A DNA stretch of 64,000 bases from an uncultured Actinomycetes bacterium (GTDB taxonomy: Bacteria; Actinomycetota; Thermoleophilia; Gaiellales; Gaiellaceae), in NCBI GenBank assembly GCA_963746445.1, contig CAVVAW010000008.1, positions 102,565-166,564 of the forward strand. The letters run 5' to 3'. Every line of letters starts with the position of its first letter. Within the stretch, counting starts at the first letter, position 1. The translations under genes were made by a program, and so were the position numbers. Below the pieces are notes generated by a model. The model ran no database searches. It was not told the origin of the DNA and was given only the letters and a program-made list of their open reading frames with translations. Shown here piece after piece: positions 44,588-52,791 of the stretch.

Positions 44588-45636
44588 CGCGCATCACCGC
44601 CGAGCGGGCGGCGCAGCTCTGGCACGACGCGTCGGACGACGAGCTGAAGGAGCTCGCGCAGCAGACGCGCGCGCGCTGGCACGAGCCCGACAAGGCGACG
44701 TACATGATCATGCGCATCGTCAATTACACGAACGTCTGCGTTGCCCAGTGCGACTACTGCGCCTTCTACGTCCTTCCGAACCAGGACGGTGGCTACGTCC
44801 TCGACCGCGACGAGGTCTTCGCCAAGATCGACGAGCTGCTCGAGGTCGGAGGCGACCTCGTCGGCTTCAACGGCGGCTTCAACCCGAAGCTGCCGCTCGA
44901 CTACTACTGCGACCTCTTCGCCTCCGTCCGCGAGCGCTACGGCGAGCGCGTCGAGTTCTACGCGCTGACCGTCGCGGAGTTCGTCTTCCTCGCCGACCGC
45001 GCGAAGCTCTCGTTCGCAGAGGCCGCGGCAAGGCTCCGCGACGCGGGCGTCCACTGGATCACCGGTGGCGGCAGCGAGATCCTCACCGAGGACTTCCGCA
45101 AGCGCCACGCGAAGTGGAAGTACACCGTCGTCGACTACTTCGACGCCCAGCGCGCGATCGTCGAGAGCGGCATGCGCACGACGGCGACGATGGTGATCGG
45201 CTTCGACGAGACGCTCGAGGAGCGGATCGAGCACCTCCAGCGCACCCGGGACTTTCAGGACGCGTGCGTGCGCGACGGCTACGACGGGCTCTTCTCGTTC
45301 CTCTGCTGGACATACAAGCCCTACGGCACCGCGTTCGGCGGGCGCGAGATCTCCGCGCGCGAGTACTGGCGCCACATGGCCCTCTCGCGGATCTTCCTCG
45401 ACAACGTCCGCCACTTCCGTACCTCGGTGCTGACCCAGAACGAGGACGCGTTCCGCGCGCTCGAGTACGGCGCCGACGACTTCGACCTGCCGATCGAGGA
45501 CGAGGTCACCCAGAAGGCGGGCGCCACCGTCGACCTCGACCTCGAGAGCCTGCTCGCGATCCCCCGCCGTCTCGGCTACCGGGTCGAGTACCGCCACGCA
45601 GCGCGCCCGCCGGCGCTCGCGGGCTCCCAGCCCTAG
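44584..45636 (+). CDS. radical SAM enzyme of the MqnC/MqnE (CofH-like) family, futalosine menaquinone pathway
   Basis: From GTG 44584 (GTGA overlap): IVNYTNVCVAQCDYCAFY (CX3CX2C), GGGSEIL, TTATMVIGFDET, SRIFLDNV. I cannot discriminate MqnC from MqnE by eye. Confidence 0.8.
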   Translation: MTRITAERAAQLWHDASDDELKELAQQTRARWHEPDKATYMIMRIVNYTNVCVAQCDYCAFYVLPNQDGGYVLDRDEVFAKIDELLEVGGDLVGFNGGFNPKLPLDYYCDLFASVRERYGERVEFYALTVAEFVFLADRAKLSFAEAAARLRDAGVHWITGGGSEILTEDFRKRHAKWKYTVVDYFDAQRAIVESGMRTTATMVIGFDETLEERIEHLQRTRDFQDACVRDGYDGLFSFLCWTYKPYGTAFGGREISAREYWRHMALSRIFLDNVRHFRTSVLTQNEDAFRALEYGADDFDLPIEDEVTQKAGATVDLDLESLLAIPRRLGYRVEYRHAARPPALAGSQP

Positions 45637-46409
45637 CCGGAGACGCGCGCCGGCTCGCCGGGGATGAAGCGGAGCTCGGGAACCTGGGCGAGCTCGCCGA
45701 CGTCGCGGGCCATCTCGAGGAAGGTGTAGAAGCCGGCGCGCTCGCGCGGGCCGAAGCTGTAGCGGAGCTTCTCGAAGTAGCGCGCGAGGAAGCCGGGCGG
45801 GTAGCCGTAGCGCTCGCTCGCCTCGTACGCGAGGCGCTCGGGCTCCGAGCGCGCCAGACGAACCGACGCGACGAGCGCGTCCTGGAGGTCGCCCAGCCCG
45901 TCGACGAGCGGCTCCGGCGCGGCCCACACCGCGAACACCATGGGCAGCCCGGTGCGCTCGAGCCACAGACGGCCGAGGTCGTGGTGCGGCGTCGGGTCCT
46001 CGAAGGCGCTCTTCAGCGCGGCGTCGCCGATCAGAAGCTTTGCGTCCGCTTCGTCGGCCGCCTCGAGCGGCAGGAGCTCGGCCTGCGGGATCAGGACCTT
46101 CGTCAGCACGACCGACGTCGCGCTCTCCGGCGTGACTGCGACCGTGCGGATCCGGCCGAGCGAGATGCGCGTGACGAGCTGGATCGAGTCGACCGCCCCC
46201 TCGGACGACACGCAGAGCCGCGGGAGCAGCCGCAGCCGCGGCGCGTTCCGCGCGTACTCGATCGACGAGATGGGCGCGACGTCGATCTCCCCGTCGAGGA
46301 GCATGCGGTTGAGCGTGGTCGGGACGCCGGTGACCTCCTGGACCTCGTGCCTCAGCCGGTGGAAGACCGGCGCCATGTTGACGTACGAGATCCGTCCGAG
46401 CCTGATCAC
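45633..46409 (-). CDS. mqnA: chorismate dehydratase (futalosine pathway step 1)
   Basis: From GTG 46409 with GGGAGGAG 6 nt upstream: VIRLGRISYVNMAPVFHRL..., LLDGEIDVAPISSIEY, LLIGDAAL, MVFAVWA. MqnA/VitK2_biosynth pattern. Confidence 0.85.
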   Translation of the reverse strand: MIRLGRISYVNMAPVFHRLRHEVQEVTGVPTTLNRMLLDGEIDVAPISSIEYARNAPRLRLLPRLCVSSEGAVDSIQLVTRISLGRIRTVAVTPESATSVVLTKVLIPQAELLPLEAADEADAKLLIGDAALKSAFEDPTPHHDLGRLWLERTGLPMVFAVWAAPEPLVDGLGDLQDALVASVRLARSEPERLAYEASERYGYPPGFLARYFEKLRYSFGPRERAGFYTFLEMARDVGELAQVPELRFIPGEPARVSG

Positions 46410-46696
46410 GCGCAGCTCCTCCCGGTGTCCGACTTCAGTCGGACACCTCCGTCGCTCGTGGGGCGTGCGGCGACGAGGGCCGCCATGGCCGCCGGGACGA
46501 AGAAGAGGCCGATCGAGGCGCTGGCGATCGCCGTCCAGATCGCGATGCTCGCCGCCGCGCCGACGCGGACCGAGTACACCGTGCCAAAGACGAGCGCGAC
46601 TGCGCCGGCCTCCGCGAGGATCGCCAGGCCGAAGGCAAGGAGGGACGCGAGCGGCGGCGGTCGCCGGCCATCGCCGAGGCTTGCCGCCCCCGTCAC
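46406..46696 (-). CDS. hypothetical small membrane protein (2 TM)
   Basis: ORF 46406..46750 has GC3-rich codons and two hydrophobic helices (LASLLAFGLAILAEAGAVALVF, IAIWTAIASASIGLFFVPAAMAALV). Its stop overlaps the mqnA GTG (GTGA). Start is either GTG 46696 or GTG 46750. Confidence 0.45.
   Translation of the reverse strand: MTGAASLGDGRRPPPLASLLAFGLAILAEAGAVALVFGTVYSVRVGAAASIAIWTAIASASIGLFFVPAAMAALVAARPTSDGGVRLKSDTGRSCA
46424..46447. repeat. 24-bp palindromic element GGTGTCCGACTTCAGTCGGACACC
   Basis: 10-bp perfect arms around TTCA. It ends immediately 5' of the mqnA Shine-Dalgarno on the mRNA strand. Confidence 0.9.
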
Positions 46697-46727
46697 GTTG
46701 CCCCCCGCAGTGGGCGCGCAGGCGGCA

Positions 46728-46751
46728 GGTATCCGACTGAAGTCGGACACC
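46728..46751. repeat. second copy (inverted, 23/24 identical) of the 24-bp palindromic element
   Basis: GGTATCCGACTGAAGTCGGACACC, followed by a further CCGGACACC half-site at 46756-46764. Confidence 0.9.
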
Positions 46752-46795
46752 TAGCCGGACACCCGAAGACGGGGCTGTCATACGGTCGTGTCATC

Positions 46796-47698
46796 TCAGC
46801 GGTTTCGCTCGACGACGGCGTCGGCGAGCGCTTCGAGCTCCTCCCGGCGCACGGAGCCGTCCAGGCTCGCGCGCGCCCGTGCAGCGTAATCCAGCGCGAC
46901 TTCGAGCGAGCGCTCGAGCGCACCGGTGGCCGCGACCCGGACGAGCGTGCCCTCGAGCGGGCCGCCGGCGAGCGCTGCGCGCACGACCTCGTCCTCCCGC
47001 GCGGCGAGGAGCAACGGCAGGGTCGGCGTCCCGTCGCGGAGGTCGGTGCCGGGGATCTTCCCCGTCTCGACGGTCTCGCCCGAGCAGTCGAGCACGTCGT
47101 CGACGATCTGGAACGCGATCCCGACCAGCCGGCCGAACTCGCCGCTCCCTCCGCCGAGGACACACGCCGCGGCGAAGAGCGAACCGGTCTTCAGAGCACA
47201 CCGCTCGAGGTACGCATCGACCGTCGTGGACGGGTCGTGGCGCTGGAGGCGCTGCATCGCCTCGCCGCGGGCGAGGGCAAGCGACGCATCGGCGAGCGCC
47301 CCGACTTGCTCGTGCGACCCTCTCGCGGCGAGCGACGCGAACGCGGCCGCGAACAGGTGGTCGCCCGCGGCCTTCGCGGCGTCGGAGCCGTGCTGCGTCC
47401 AGGCAGCGGCGCGGCCGCGCCGGACGTGCGCGCCGTCGACGATGTCGTCGTGGATGAGCGTTGCCATGTGGACGAGCTCGACCGCGACGCCCTCGACGAC
47501 GGGTGGCTCCGCACGAACGGGCGACGAGAGGAAGGTGAGCGTCGGCCGCAACCGCTTCCCGCCGGCCGCGAGCGCGTCCGCGCCAACGGCGGCGACCGTG
47601 CCCGGATGCGCAGCGACCACCGACTCGAGGCGATCCTCGACCGCGCCGAGGTAGTCGCGCAGCCCCTCGACCGACGCGATGGTCTCGAGGGCGCTAAT
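46796..47698 (-). CDS. polyprenyl diphosphate synthase (trans-IPPS, menaquinone side chain)
   Basis: GGKRLRP, LIHDDIVD (first DDxxD), GIAFQIVDDVLD (second). There is no canonical in-frame start near the expected N-terminus, so the end is set at ATT 47698 overlapping the menG TAG. Confidence 0.8.
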   Translation of the reverse strand: MSALETIASVEGLRDYLGAVEDRLESVVAAHPGTVAAVGADALAAGGKRLRPTLTFLSSPVRAEPPVVEGVAVELVHMATLIHDDIVDGAHVRRGRAAAWTQHGSDAAKAAGDHLFAAAFASLAARGSHEQVGALADASLALARGEAMQRLQRHDPSTTVDAYLERCALKTGSLFAAACVLGGGSGEFGRLVGIAFQIVDDVLDCSGETVETGKIPGTDLRDGTPTLPLLLAAREDEVVRAALAGGPLEGTLVRVAATGALERSLEVALDYAARARASLDGSVRREELEALADAVVERNR

Positions 47699-48392
47699 CG
47701 CCGCTCTCCACGGTCGCGACGGCGGTGTGCAGCGCCACGATCGTCCCGCCCATGAGACGGAACCGAACGTGCCCGAACCCGTGGCGCTCGAGCAGCGCGG
47801 CGAGCTCCTCGGCGCCCGGGAAGCGGCGCACGCTGGCCGGGAGGTAGGTGTAGGCGCGCCCGCCCGGCAGCACCTTCCCGAGCAGCGGCACGATCCGGTC
47901 GAACCAGAGGGAGAAGAACGGCCGCAGGAGCCCGCGCGGGTGCGTGATCTCGAGAATCGCAAGCCGGCCACCCGGCCGGAGCACCCGCCGCAGCTCCGCA
48001 ACGCCTCGCTCGAGATCGACGACATTGCGGACGCCGAACCCGACGGTCGCTGCGTCGAACGACGCGTCCTCGAACGGCAGCGCGAGCATGTCGCCCTCGA
48101 CCCACTCGATCGACGCCGACTTGCGGCGCGCGCGCTCGAGCATGGCGGGAGAGAAGTCGAGCCCGGTCACGTGCCCACCTTCGCGCTCCGCGGCGATCGC
48201 GAGGTCACCCGTGCCGCAGCACGCGTCGAGCACGCGGTCTCCCGGTTGCACGACCGCCTCGACCGCGAGACGCCGCCACGACCGGTCGAGCCCAACGGTC
48301 ATGACACGGTTCATCACGTCGTACACCGGCGCGATGCGGTCGAACAGCCGCCGTACCTCGTTCGGCGCCAGTGAGCCCGACTCGTACGTCAC
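47694..48392 (-). CDS. menG: demethylmenaquinone methyltransferase (UbiE/MenG)
   Basis: 232-aa ORF: FDRIAPVYDVMNRVMTVGLDRSWRR, VLDACCGTGDL, GFGVRNV, LRPGGRLAILE. Confidence 0.9.
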   Translation of the reverse strand: MTYESGSLAPNEVRRLFDRIAPVYDVMNRVMTVGLDRSWRRLAVEAVVQPGDRVLDACCGTGDLAIAAEREGGHVTGLDFSPAMLERARRKSASIEWVEGDMLALPFEDASFDAATVGFGVRNVVDLERGVAELRRVLRPGGRLAILEITHPRGLLRPFFSLWFDRIVPLLGKVLPGGRAYTYLPASVRRFPGAEELAALLERHGFGHVRFRLMGGTIVALHTAVATVESGD

Positions 48393-48426
48393 GCGGAGAG
48401 GGTAACCGCCCGGCCTGGAGCGGCCT

Positions 48427-49248
48427 CTACCCGCCGCCGCGGCTCGCGTCCAGGAACGTCGCGAGCTTCGTGAGGTTCTCGTCGCCGAGGTAGCCGTACG
48501 AGATCATCACGTTGTTGCCGTACTGCGCCGGGTTCGACACGTAGGACTTGAAGAAGTCCACGCCGCGGCCCGACGCTCCGATGTCGCTCAGGTTCGGCGC
48601 GCCGAGGTTCGAGTTGCCCTCGCCGAGGTACGTGTGGCAGTTGAGGCAGCCGGACTCGGCGAAGAGCTTTGCGCCCGCGACGGCGGTCGGGTTGTCGGCG
48701 AAGCCCTGCTGCTGCGCCCACTCCTCCGGCTTGCCGGCGGCGATCAGCTCGGAGCCGAGCGCCTCTTTCGCGGTGGCGCCTTTCCACGTGAGCGTCGCCA
48801 TGGAGATGACCACGAGGACGGCGGCGATCATCGCCACCGGGCGCCGGCCGGGACGCCGCTCGGGACGCCGATCGTAGAACGGCAGCGCGATCAGCAGGAC
48901 CAGCAGGATCGTCGGGATGCCCACCGTGCCGAGCAGGACCGACTCGGGCCACTTGAAGATCCGCAGGAGGTAGAAGAGGAAGTAGAAGAACCAGTCCGGC
49001 CGCGGGACGAAGCTGATCGTCCCCGGGTCGGCCTCGGTCGCGTACCACGGCCCGAGCCACCCCGCCTCGACGCCGTCCGCGGTGAAGTACCAGATGCACG
49101 CGAGCACGATGATCACCGCGACGACGACGAGCGACATGATCGCGTCGTGGAGGACGGCGTACGGCCAGAAGCTCTTGCCCTCGCGCTCGACGTCCTCCTT
49201 GTAGCGCTTGTGCCCGGCGCGGTTGCGCTCGGAGAGCGGGACGCCCAT
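48427..49248 (-). CDS. qcrC: menaquinol-cytochrome c reductase subunit IV-like domain fused to monoheme cytochrome c
   Basis: 273-aa ORF: PRPDWFFYFLFYLLR (cytochrome b C-terminal/PetD-like), three TM segments, then CLNCH heme-c site. Confidence 0.85.
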   Translation of the reverse strand: MGVPLSERNRAGHKRYKEDVEREGKSFWPYAVLHDAIMSLVVVAVIIVLACIWYFTADGVEAGWLGPWYATEADPGTISFVPRPDWFFYFLFYLLRIFKWPESVLLGTVGIPTILLVLLIALPFYDRRPERRPGRRPVAMIAAVLVVISMATLTWKGATAKEALGSELIAAGKPEEWAQQQGFADNPTAVAGAKLFAESGCLNCHTYLGEGNSNLGAPNLSDIGASGRGVDFFKSYVSNPAQYGNNVMISYGYLGDENLTKLATFLDASRGGG

Positions 49249-50030
49249 CAGGCCGAGTCCCCCTCGGTCGCCGGCTCGCGGATGAGGCCCTCACGCGCGC
49301 CCGCTTCCGGCCCGCGCTCACGGCCGGCAGCCGTCTTCGACCACGGCGGCGACGTGACGCCGAGGCGCACGACGAGGTACAGGTGCAGGCCGATCAGCGC
49401 CATGATCGCGCCAGGAAGCACGAGCATGTGCAGCGCGTAGAACTTCGGCAGCGTGTCCGGGCCGATCATGAGGCCGCCCTGGAGGAACTGCGCGAGGAAG
49501 GGGCCGACGAACGGGCCCGTCGCGTTGATGTTGATGCCGACGACGGTCGCCCAGTACGCCGTGTTGTCCCACGGCAGGAGGTACCCCGTGAAGCCCTCGG
49601 CCATGCCGCTCACGAGGATCAGCGCGCCAAGGATCCAGTTGAGCTCACGCGGATACTTGTAGGCGCCGAACAGGAAGACGCGTGCCATGTGGAGGAACAT
49701 CAGGATGATGAAGACGCTCGCGCCCCACTTGTGCATGCCGCGCACGAGCCAGCCGAGCGTCAGCTCCTCCGTGATGTTCTGGATCGAGGAGTACGCGTTG
49801 CTCGGGTCGGGCTTGTAGTACATCGCGAGGAAGACACCGGTCGTCGCCTGGACGATGAACGCCGTCAACGAGGCTGCGCCGAGCGTCTGCGCCCAGCTGA
49901 TGTCGTGCGGCACCTTCCGGAAGAGGAACCACTTCGTGTACCCGACGAGGCCCGAGCGTTCCTCGGTCCAGTCGAGCGGGATGAGCGCCGCGTCGGCGAG
50001 GGAGTGCTTGCGCGAGGTCTTCGTCGCCAT
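49248..50030 (-). CDS. qcrB: cytochrome b6-type (N-terminal half of cytochrome b)
   Basis: From ATG 50030: GMHKWGASVFIILMFLHMARVF and FYALHMLVLPGAIMALIGLHLYLV (two His pairs for hemes b). The stop and the qcrC start share one base (TGATG). Confidence 0.9.
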   Translation of the reverse strand: MATKTSRKHSLADAALIPLDWTEERSGLVGYTKWFLFRKVPHDISWAQTLGAASLTAFIVQATTGVFLAMYYKPDPSNAYSSIQNITEELTLGWLVRGMHKWGASVFIILMFLHMARVFLFGAYKYPRELNWILGALILVSGMAEGFTGYLLPWDNTAYWATVVGININATGPFVGPFLAQFLQGGLMIGPDTLPKFYALHMLVLPGAIMALIGLHLYLVVRLGVTSPPWSKTAAGRERGPEAGAREGLIREPATEGDSA

Positions 50031-50037
50031 TATCGGA

Positions 50038-50946
50038 TCAGCTCGTCGATCCCGGAGTCGGAATGGGGTAGAGCCACCGCTCGATGCCGTCAACGTGCAC
50101 GCCCGGATACGCCTTGTAGTACTTCATGATCTTCGCGCTCGCGCCCACGCCCTGAACGGTTCCCACGCTGAACAGGCGGCCGAGGACGAGGTTTCCGTCC
50201 TTGATCGAGAACTCGTAGCGGTCGAGCGAGCGGACGGGAGGCCCGGCCATCCGGTTGCCCTCCGAGTCGTAGAGGCCGCCGTGGCAGGGGCAGCCGAAGC
50301 TCGCCGCGAGCACCGGCCGGAGCTCGACGCCGTTGACGTCCTTCTTCGCCTCCTCGTCGATCGGCCCGTTCGGCTGGACGGGGCAGCCGAGGTGTGCGCA
50401 GCGGCTGAAGATCGTGGTGAAGCTCGGCACGCCGTCGTCGGTGCGGCCGTTGTTGCGGATGAACGCGGTGCGCCGCGAGACCTCGCCCTGCTCCGGGCTC
50501 TCCAGGTACGTGGCGATCACGTACTGGCCCTCGGGAAAGTTCGAGATCGGGCCGAGGTCGACGTCGAACGTGTCGACGCCCTCGCCCATGAACGACGGCA
50601 GCACGCCGAAGCCGAGGGCGGGCAGCGTCACGCCCGCGCCGATCAGGCCGCTGACGCCGATGGTCGCGAGCGAGAGGAACGTCGCGCGGTCGACGTTGTC
50701 GCCGAGATCCGCCTCCGTCGCGACGGGCGCGACGTCCGGCAGGCCGGCCGCGGCGGCGGTGACGGGACGGCTCACGAACAGGTCGCGCACCCAGAGGAAG
50801 CCGAAGACGAGCGCGACGACCGCGCCGACGATCAGCACGGGGATGCTGATGACCAGCCCGATGAGCACGCACGCGACGCCGATGGCGAAGCCGATCGGCC
50901 AGAGGCTCGGGCCAGGCAGGTCGTGGGTGTCGTGCTCGTCGTTCAC
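50038..50946 (-). CDS. qcrA: Rieske 2Fe-2S subunit
   Basis: From GTG 50946 with GGAGAG 9 nt upstream: CAHLGC...CPCHGG. Confidence 0.9.
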   Translation of the reverse strand: MNDEHDTHDLPGPSLWPIGFAIGVACVLIGLVISIPVLIVGAVVALVFGFLWVRDLFVSRPVTAAAAGLPDVAPVATEADLGDNVDRATFLSLATIGVSGLIGAGVTLPALGFGVLPSFMGEGVDTFDVDLGPISNFPEGQYVIATYLESPEQGEVSRRTAFIRNNGRTDDGVPSFTTIFSRCAHLGCPVQPNGPIDEEAKKDVNGVELRPVLAASFGCPCHGGLYDSEGNRMAGPPVRSLDRYEFSIKDGNLVLGRLFSVGTVQGVGASAKIMKYYKAYPGVHVDGIERWLYPIPTPGSTS

Positions 50947-50981
50947 TCGGGGATTCTCTCCGTCCCGTGCTCCGGTTCGTG

Positions 50982-51011
50982 ATTCAACCGCCCTGGCCCG
51001 CCCGGTGTCAA
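50982..51011 (-). promoter_or_regulatory. candidate sigma-70-type promoter for qcrABC
   Basis: The minus strand reads TTGACA-18 nt-TTGAAT about 35 nt upstream of the qcrA GTG. The -35 overlaps the UbiD-like stop codon. Sequence pattern only. Confidence 0.3.
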
Positions 51012-52558
51012 CGAGGAACCCGCCTCGCACGCCACCGGCCGGTAGCTGCCCGGCGCCCATTCTGCACCGCCTGACGGTCGGCGTGCTCCGGCAACCCGAG
51101 CTCCGCCCAGCGTTTGTCGACGCGCGCCTTCACGTCGTCGGTCATCTCGATCTCGGGCGGCCACTCGCGCGTGCCCTCGGCCGGCCCCTTCGCGGTCGCG
51201 TCGAAGCCGATCTTGCCGCCGAAGGACGGGAGCACGGATGCGTGGTCGAGTTGGTCGAGCGGCCCGTCGGCCAGCACCACGTCACGCCTGGGGTCGATGT
51301 TGGCGCAGACGCGGAAGAAGACCTCCTCGTAGTCGTGGACGTCGACGTCGGCGTCGACGACCACCACGGCCTTCGAGAGCGAGAGGAGGCCGAGCCCCCA
51401 GACGGCGTGCATCACCTTGCGCGCGTGGCCCGGAAAGCGCTTCCGGATCGAGACGATCACGCAGTTGTGGAACGCCCCGGCCGTCGGCAGGTCGTAGTCG
51501 ACGATCTCGGGGACGCTCATGCGGATCGCCGGCAGGAAGATCCGCTCGGTCGCCTTCGCGAGCCACTCGTCCTCCGCGGGCGGCTTCCCGACGACGATCG
51601 AGGGGTAGATCGCGTCGCGGCGCATCGTGATCGCCGAGATCCGGAAGAGTGGGAACTCCTCCGGGGGCGTGTAGTAGCCCGTGTGGTCGCCGAACGGCCC
51701 CTCCATGCCCGTGTCGCCTGCGTCGACCCAGCCCTCGAGCACGATCTCCGCGTTGGCCGGCACCTCGAGGTCGACCGTCTTGCACTTGACGAGCTGTACC
51801 GCAGACCCCTTGAGGAAGCCCGCGACCATGAGCTCGCCGACGTGCTTCGGGAGCGGCGCGCTCGCCGCGTAGGCCGTCACCGGGTCGAGCCCGAGCGCGA
51901 CCGCGACCGGGATCCTGCCGTCGGGCGCCGCGAGGAGATCGGCGCGACCGTCCTTGTGGATCTGCCAGTGCATGAACGTCGAACGGCGGTCGACCTTCTG
52001 CATCCGGTACATCCCGACGTTTCGCACACCGGTCTCGCGGTCCTGCGTGACGACCGCGGGCAGGGTGATGAACGGCGCCGGGTCGTGCGGCCAGCAGCGC
52101 ATGATCGGGAGCGCGTCGAGGTCGACGGCGTCGCCCTCGAGCACGATCTCCTGGCATGGCCCCTTGGAGACGGACTTCGGGGCGGAGTCGGCGATGGACT
52201 TCAGCGTCCCGAGCTTGCGGACCTTCTCCATGAGGCCTTGCGGGGGGCTCAGCTCGAGCACCTCGTCGAGCTTCGCGGCGACGTCGTCGAGCCGCTCGAC
52301 CCCGAAGGCGAGGCACATGCGCCGCTCCGTCCCGAACTGGTTGATCAGGAGCGGCAGCCGCGATCCCTTCACGTTCTCGAACAGGAGGGCGGGCCCGCGG
52401 GACTTGACGACGCGGTCGGTGATCTCGGTGATCTCCAGGTCGGGATCGACCTCGGCGCGGACGCGGACGAGCTCGCCCTCGCGTTCGAGCAGCGCGATCC
52501 ACTCGCGGAGGTCGGCGACCGGGCTCGGCACGCGACGGAGTGTAGGCAGGGAGCTCAT
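51008..52558 (-). CDS. UbiD-family decarboxylase (menaquinone biosynthesis decarboxylase type)
   Basis: From ATG 52558, 516 aa: LLFENVKGS, NVGMYRMQ, GPFGDHTGYY, KAVVVVDADVDVHD. Confidence 0.9.
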   Translation of the reverse strand: MSSLPTLRRVPSPVADLREWIALLEREGELVRVRAEVDPDLEITEITDRVVKSRGPALLFENVKGSRLPLLINQFGTERRMCLAFGVERLDDVAAKLDEVLELSPPQGLMEKVRKLGTLKSIADSAPKSVSKGPCQEIVLEGDAVDLDALPIMRCWPHDPAPFITLPAVVTQDRETGVRNVGMYRMQKVDRRSTFMHWQIHKDGRADLLAAPDGRIPVAVALGLDPVTAYAASAPLPKHVGELMVAGFLKGSAVQLVKCKTVDLEVPANAEIVLEGWVDAGDTGMEGPFGDHTGYYTPPEEFPLFRISAITMRRDAIYPSIVVGKPPAEDEWLAKATERIFLPAIRMSVPEIVDYDLPTAGAFHNCVIVSIRKRFPGHARKVMHAVWGLGLLSLSKAVVVVDADVDVHDYEEVFFRVCANIDPRRDVVLADGPLDQLDHASVLPSFGGKIGFDATAKGPAEGTREWPPEIEMTDDVKARVDKRWAELGLPEHADRQAVQNGRRAATGRWRARRVPR

Positions 52559-52602
52559 GCGCCGCGTCCGGCGCGGCGAAGGCCCGTCAGACTCGGGGGC
52601 GC

Positions 52603-52791
52603 TCACCAACCTCGCCACCCCGGGCCGAGATCGACGGGCAGCTCCTTCGTGTCGAGCGGCAAGCGGTACTTGTCCGGGCTCGCGTGGTCGTAGGGGATCG
52701 TCGGGAAGTTGACGACGACGACGTCGCTCGCGCCGATGTTGCGTTCCGCATGCCAGACGCCACGCGGAATCACGAGAAGAACCGACGGCAC
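52603..52791 (-). pseudogene. RmlC-like cupin, C-terminal fragment only
   Basis: VLLVIPRGVWHAERNIGASDVVVVNFPTIPYDHASPDKYRLP resembles the last strands of dTDP-4-dehydrorhamnose-epimerase-like cupins. The frame stays open upstream without a start codon, and that upstream part is not recognisable. Confidence 0.35.

Noticed and set aside
50947-51007. GGTTCGTGATTCAACC, reminiscent of a tRNA T-arm (GGTTCGAATCC).
   Set aside because: The non-coding gap is only 61 bp. I could build no acceptor or anticodon stems, and the match to the T-loop consensus is imperfect.
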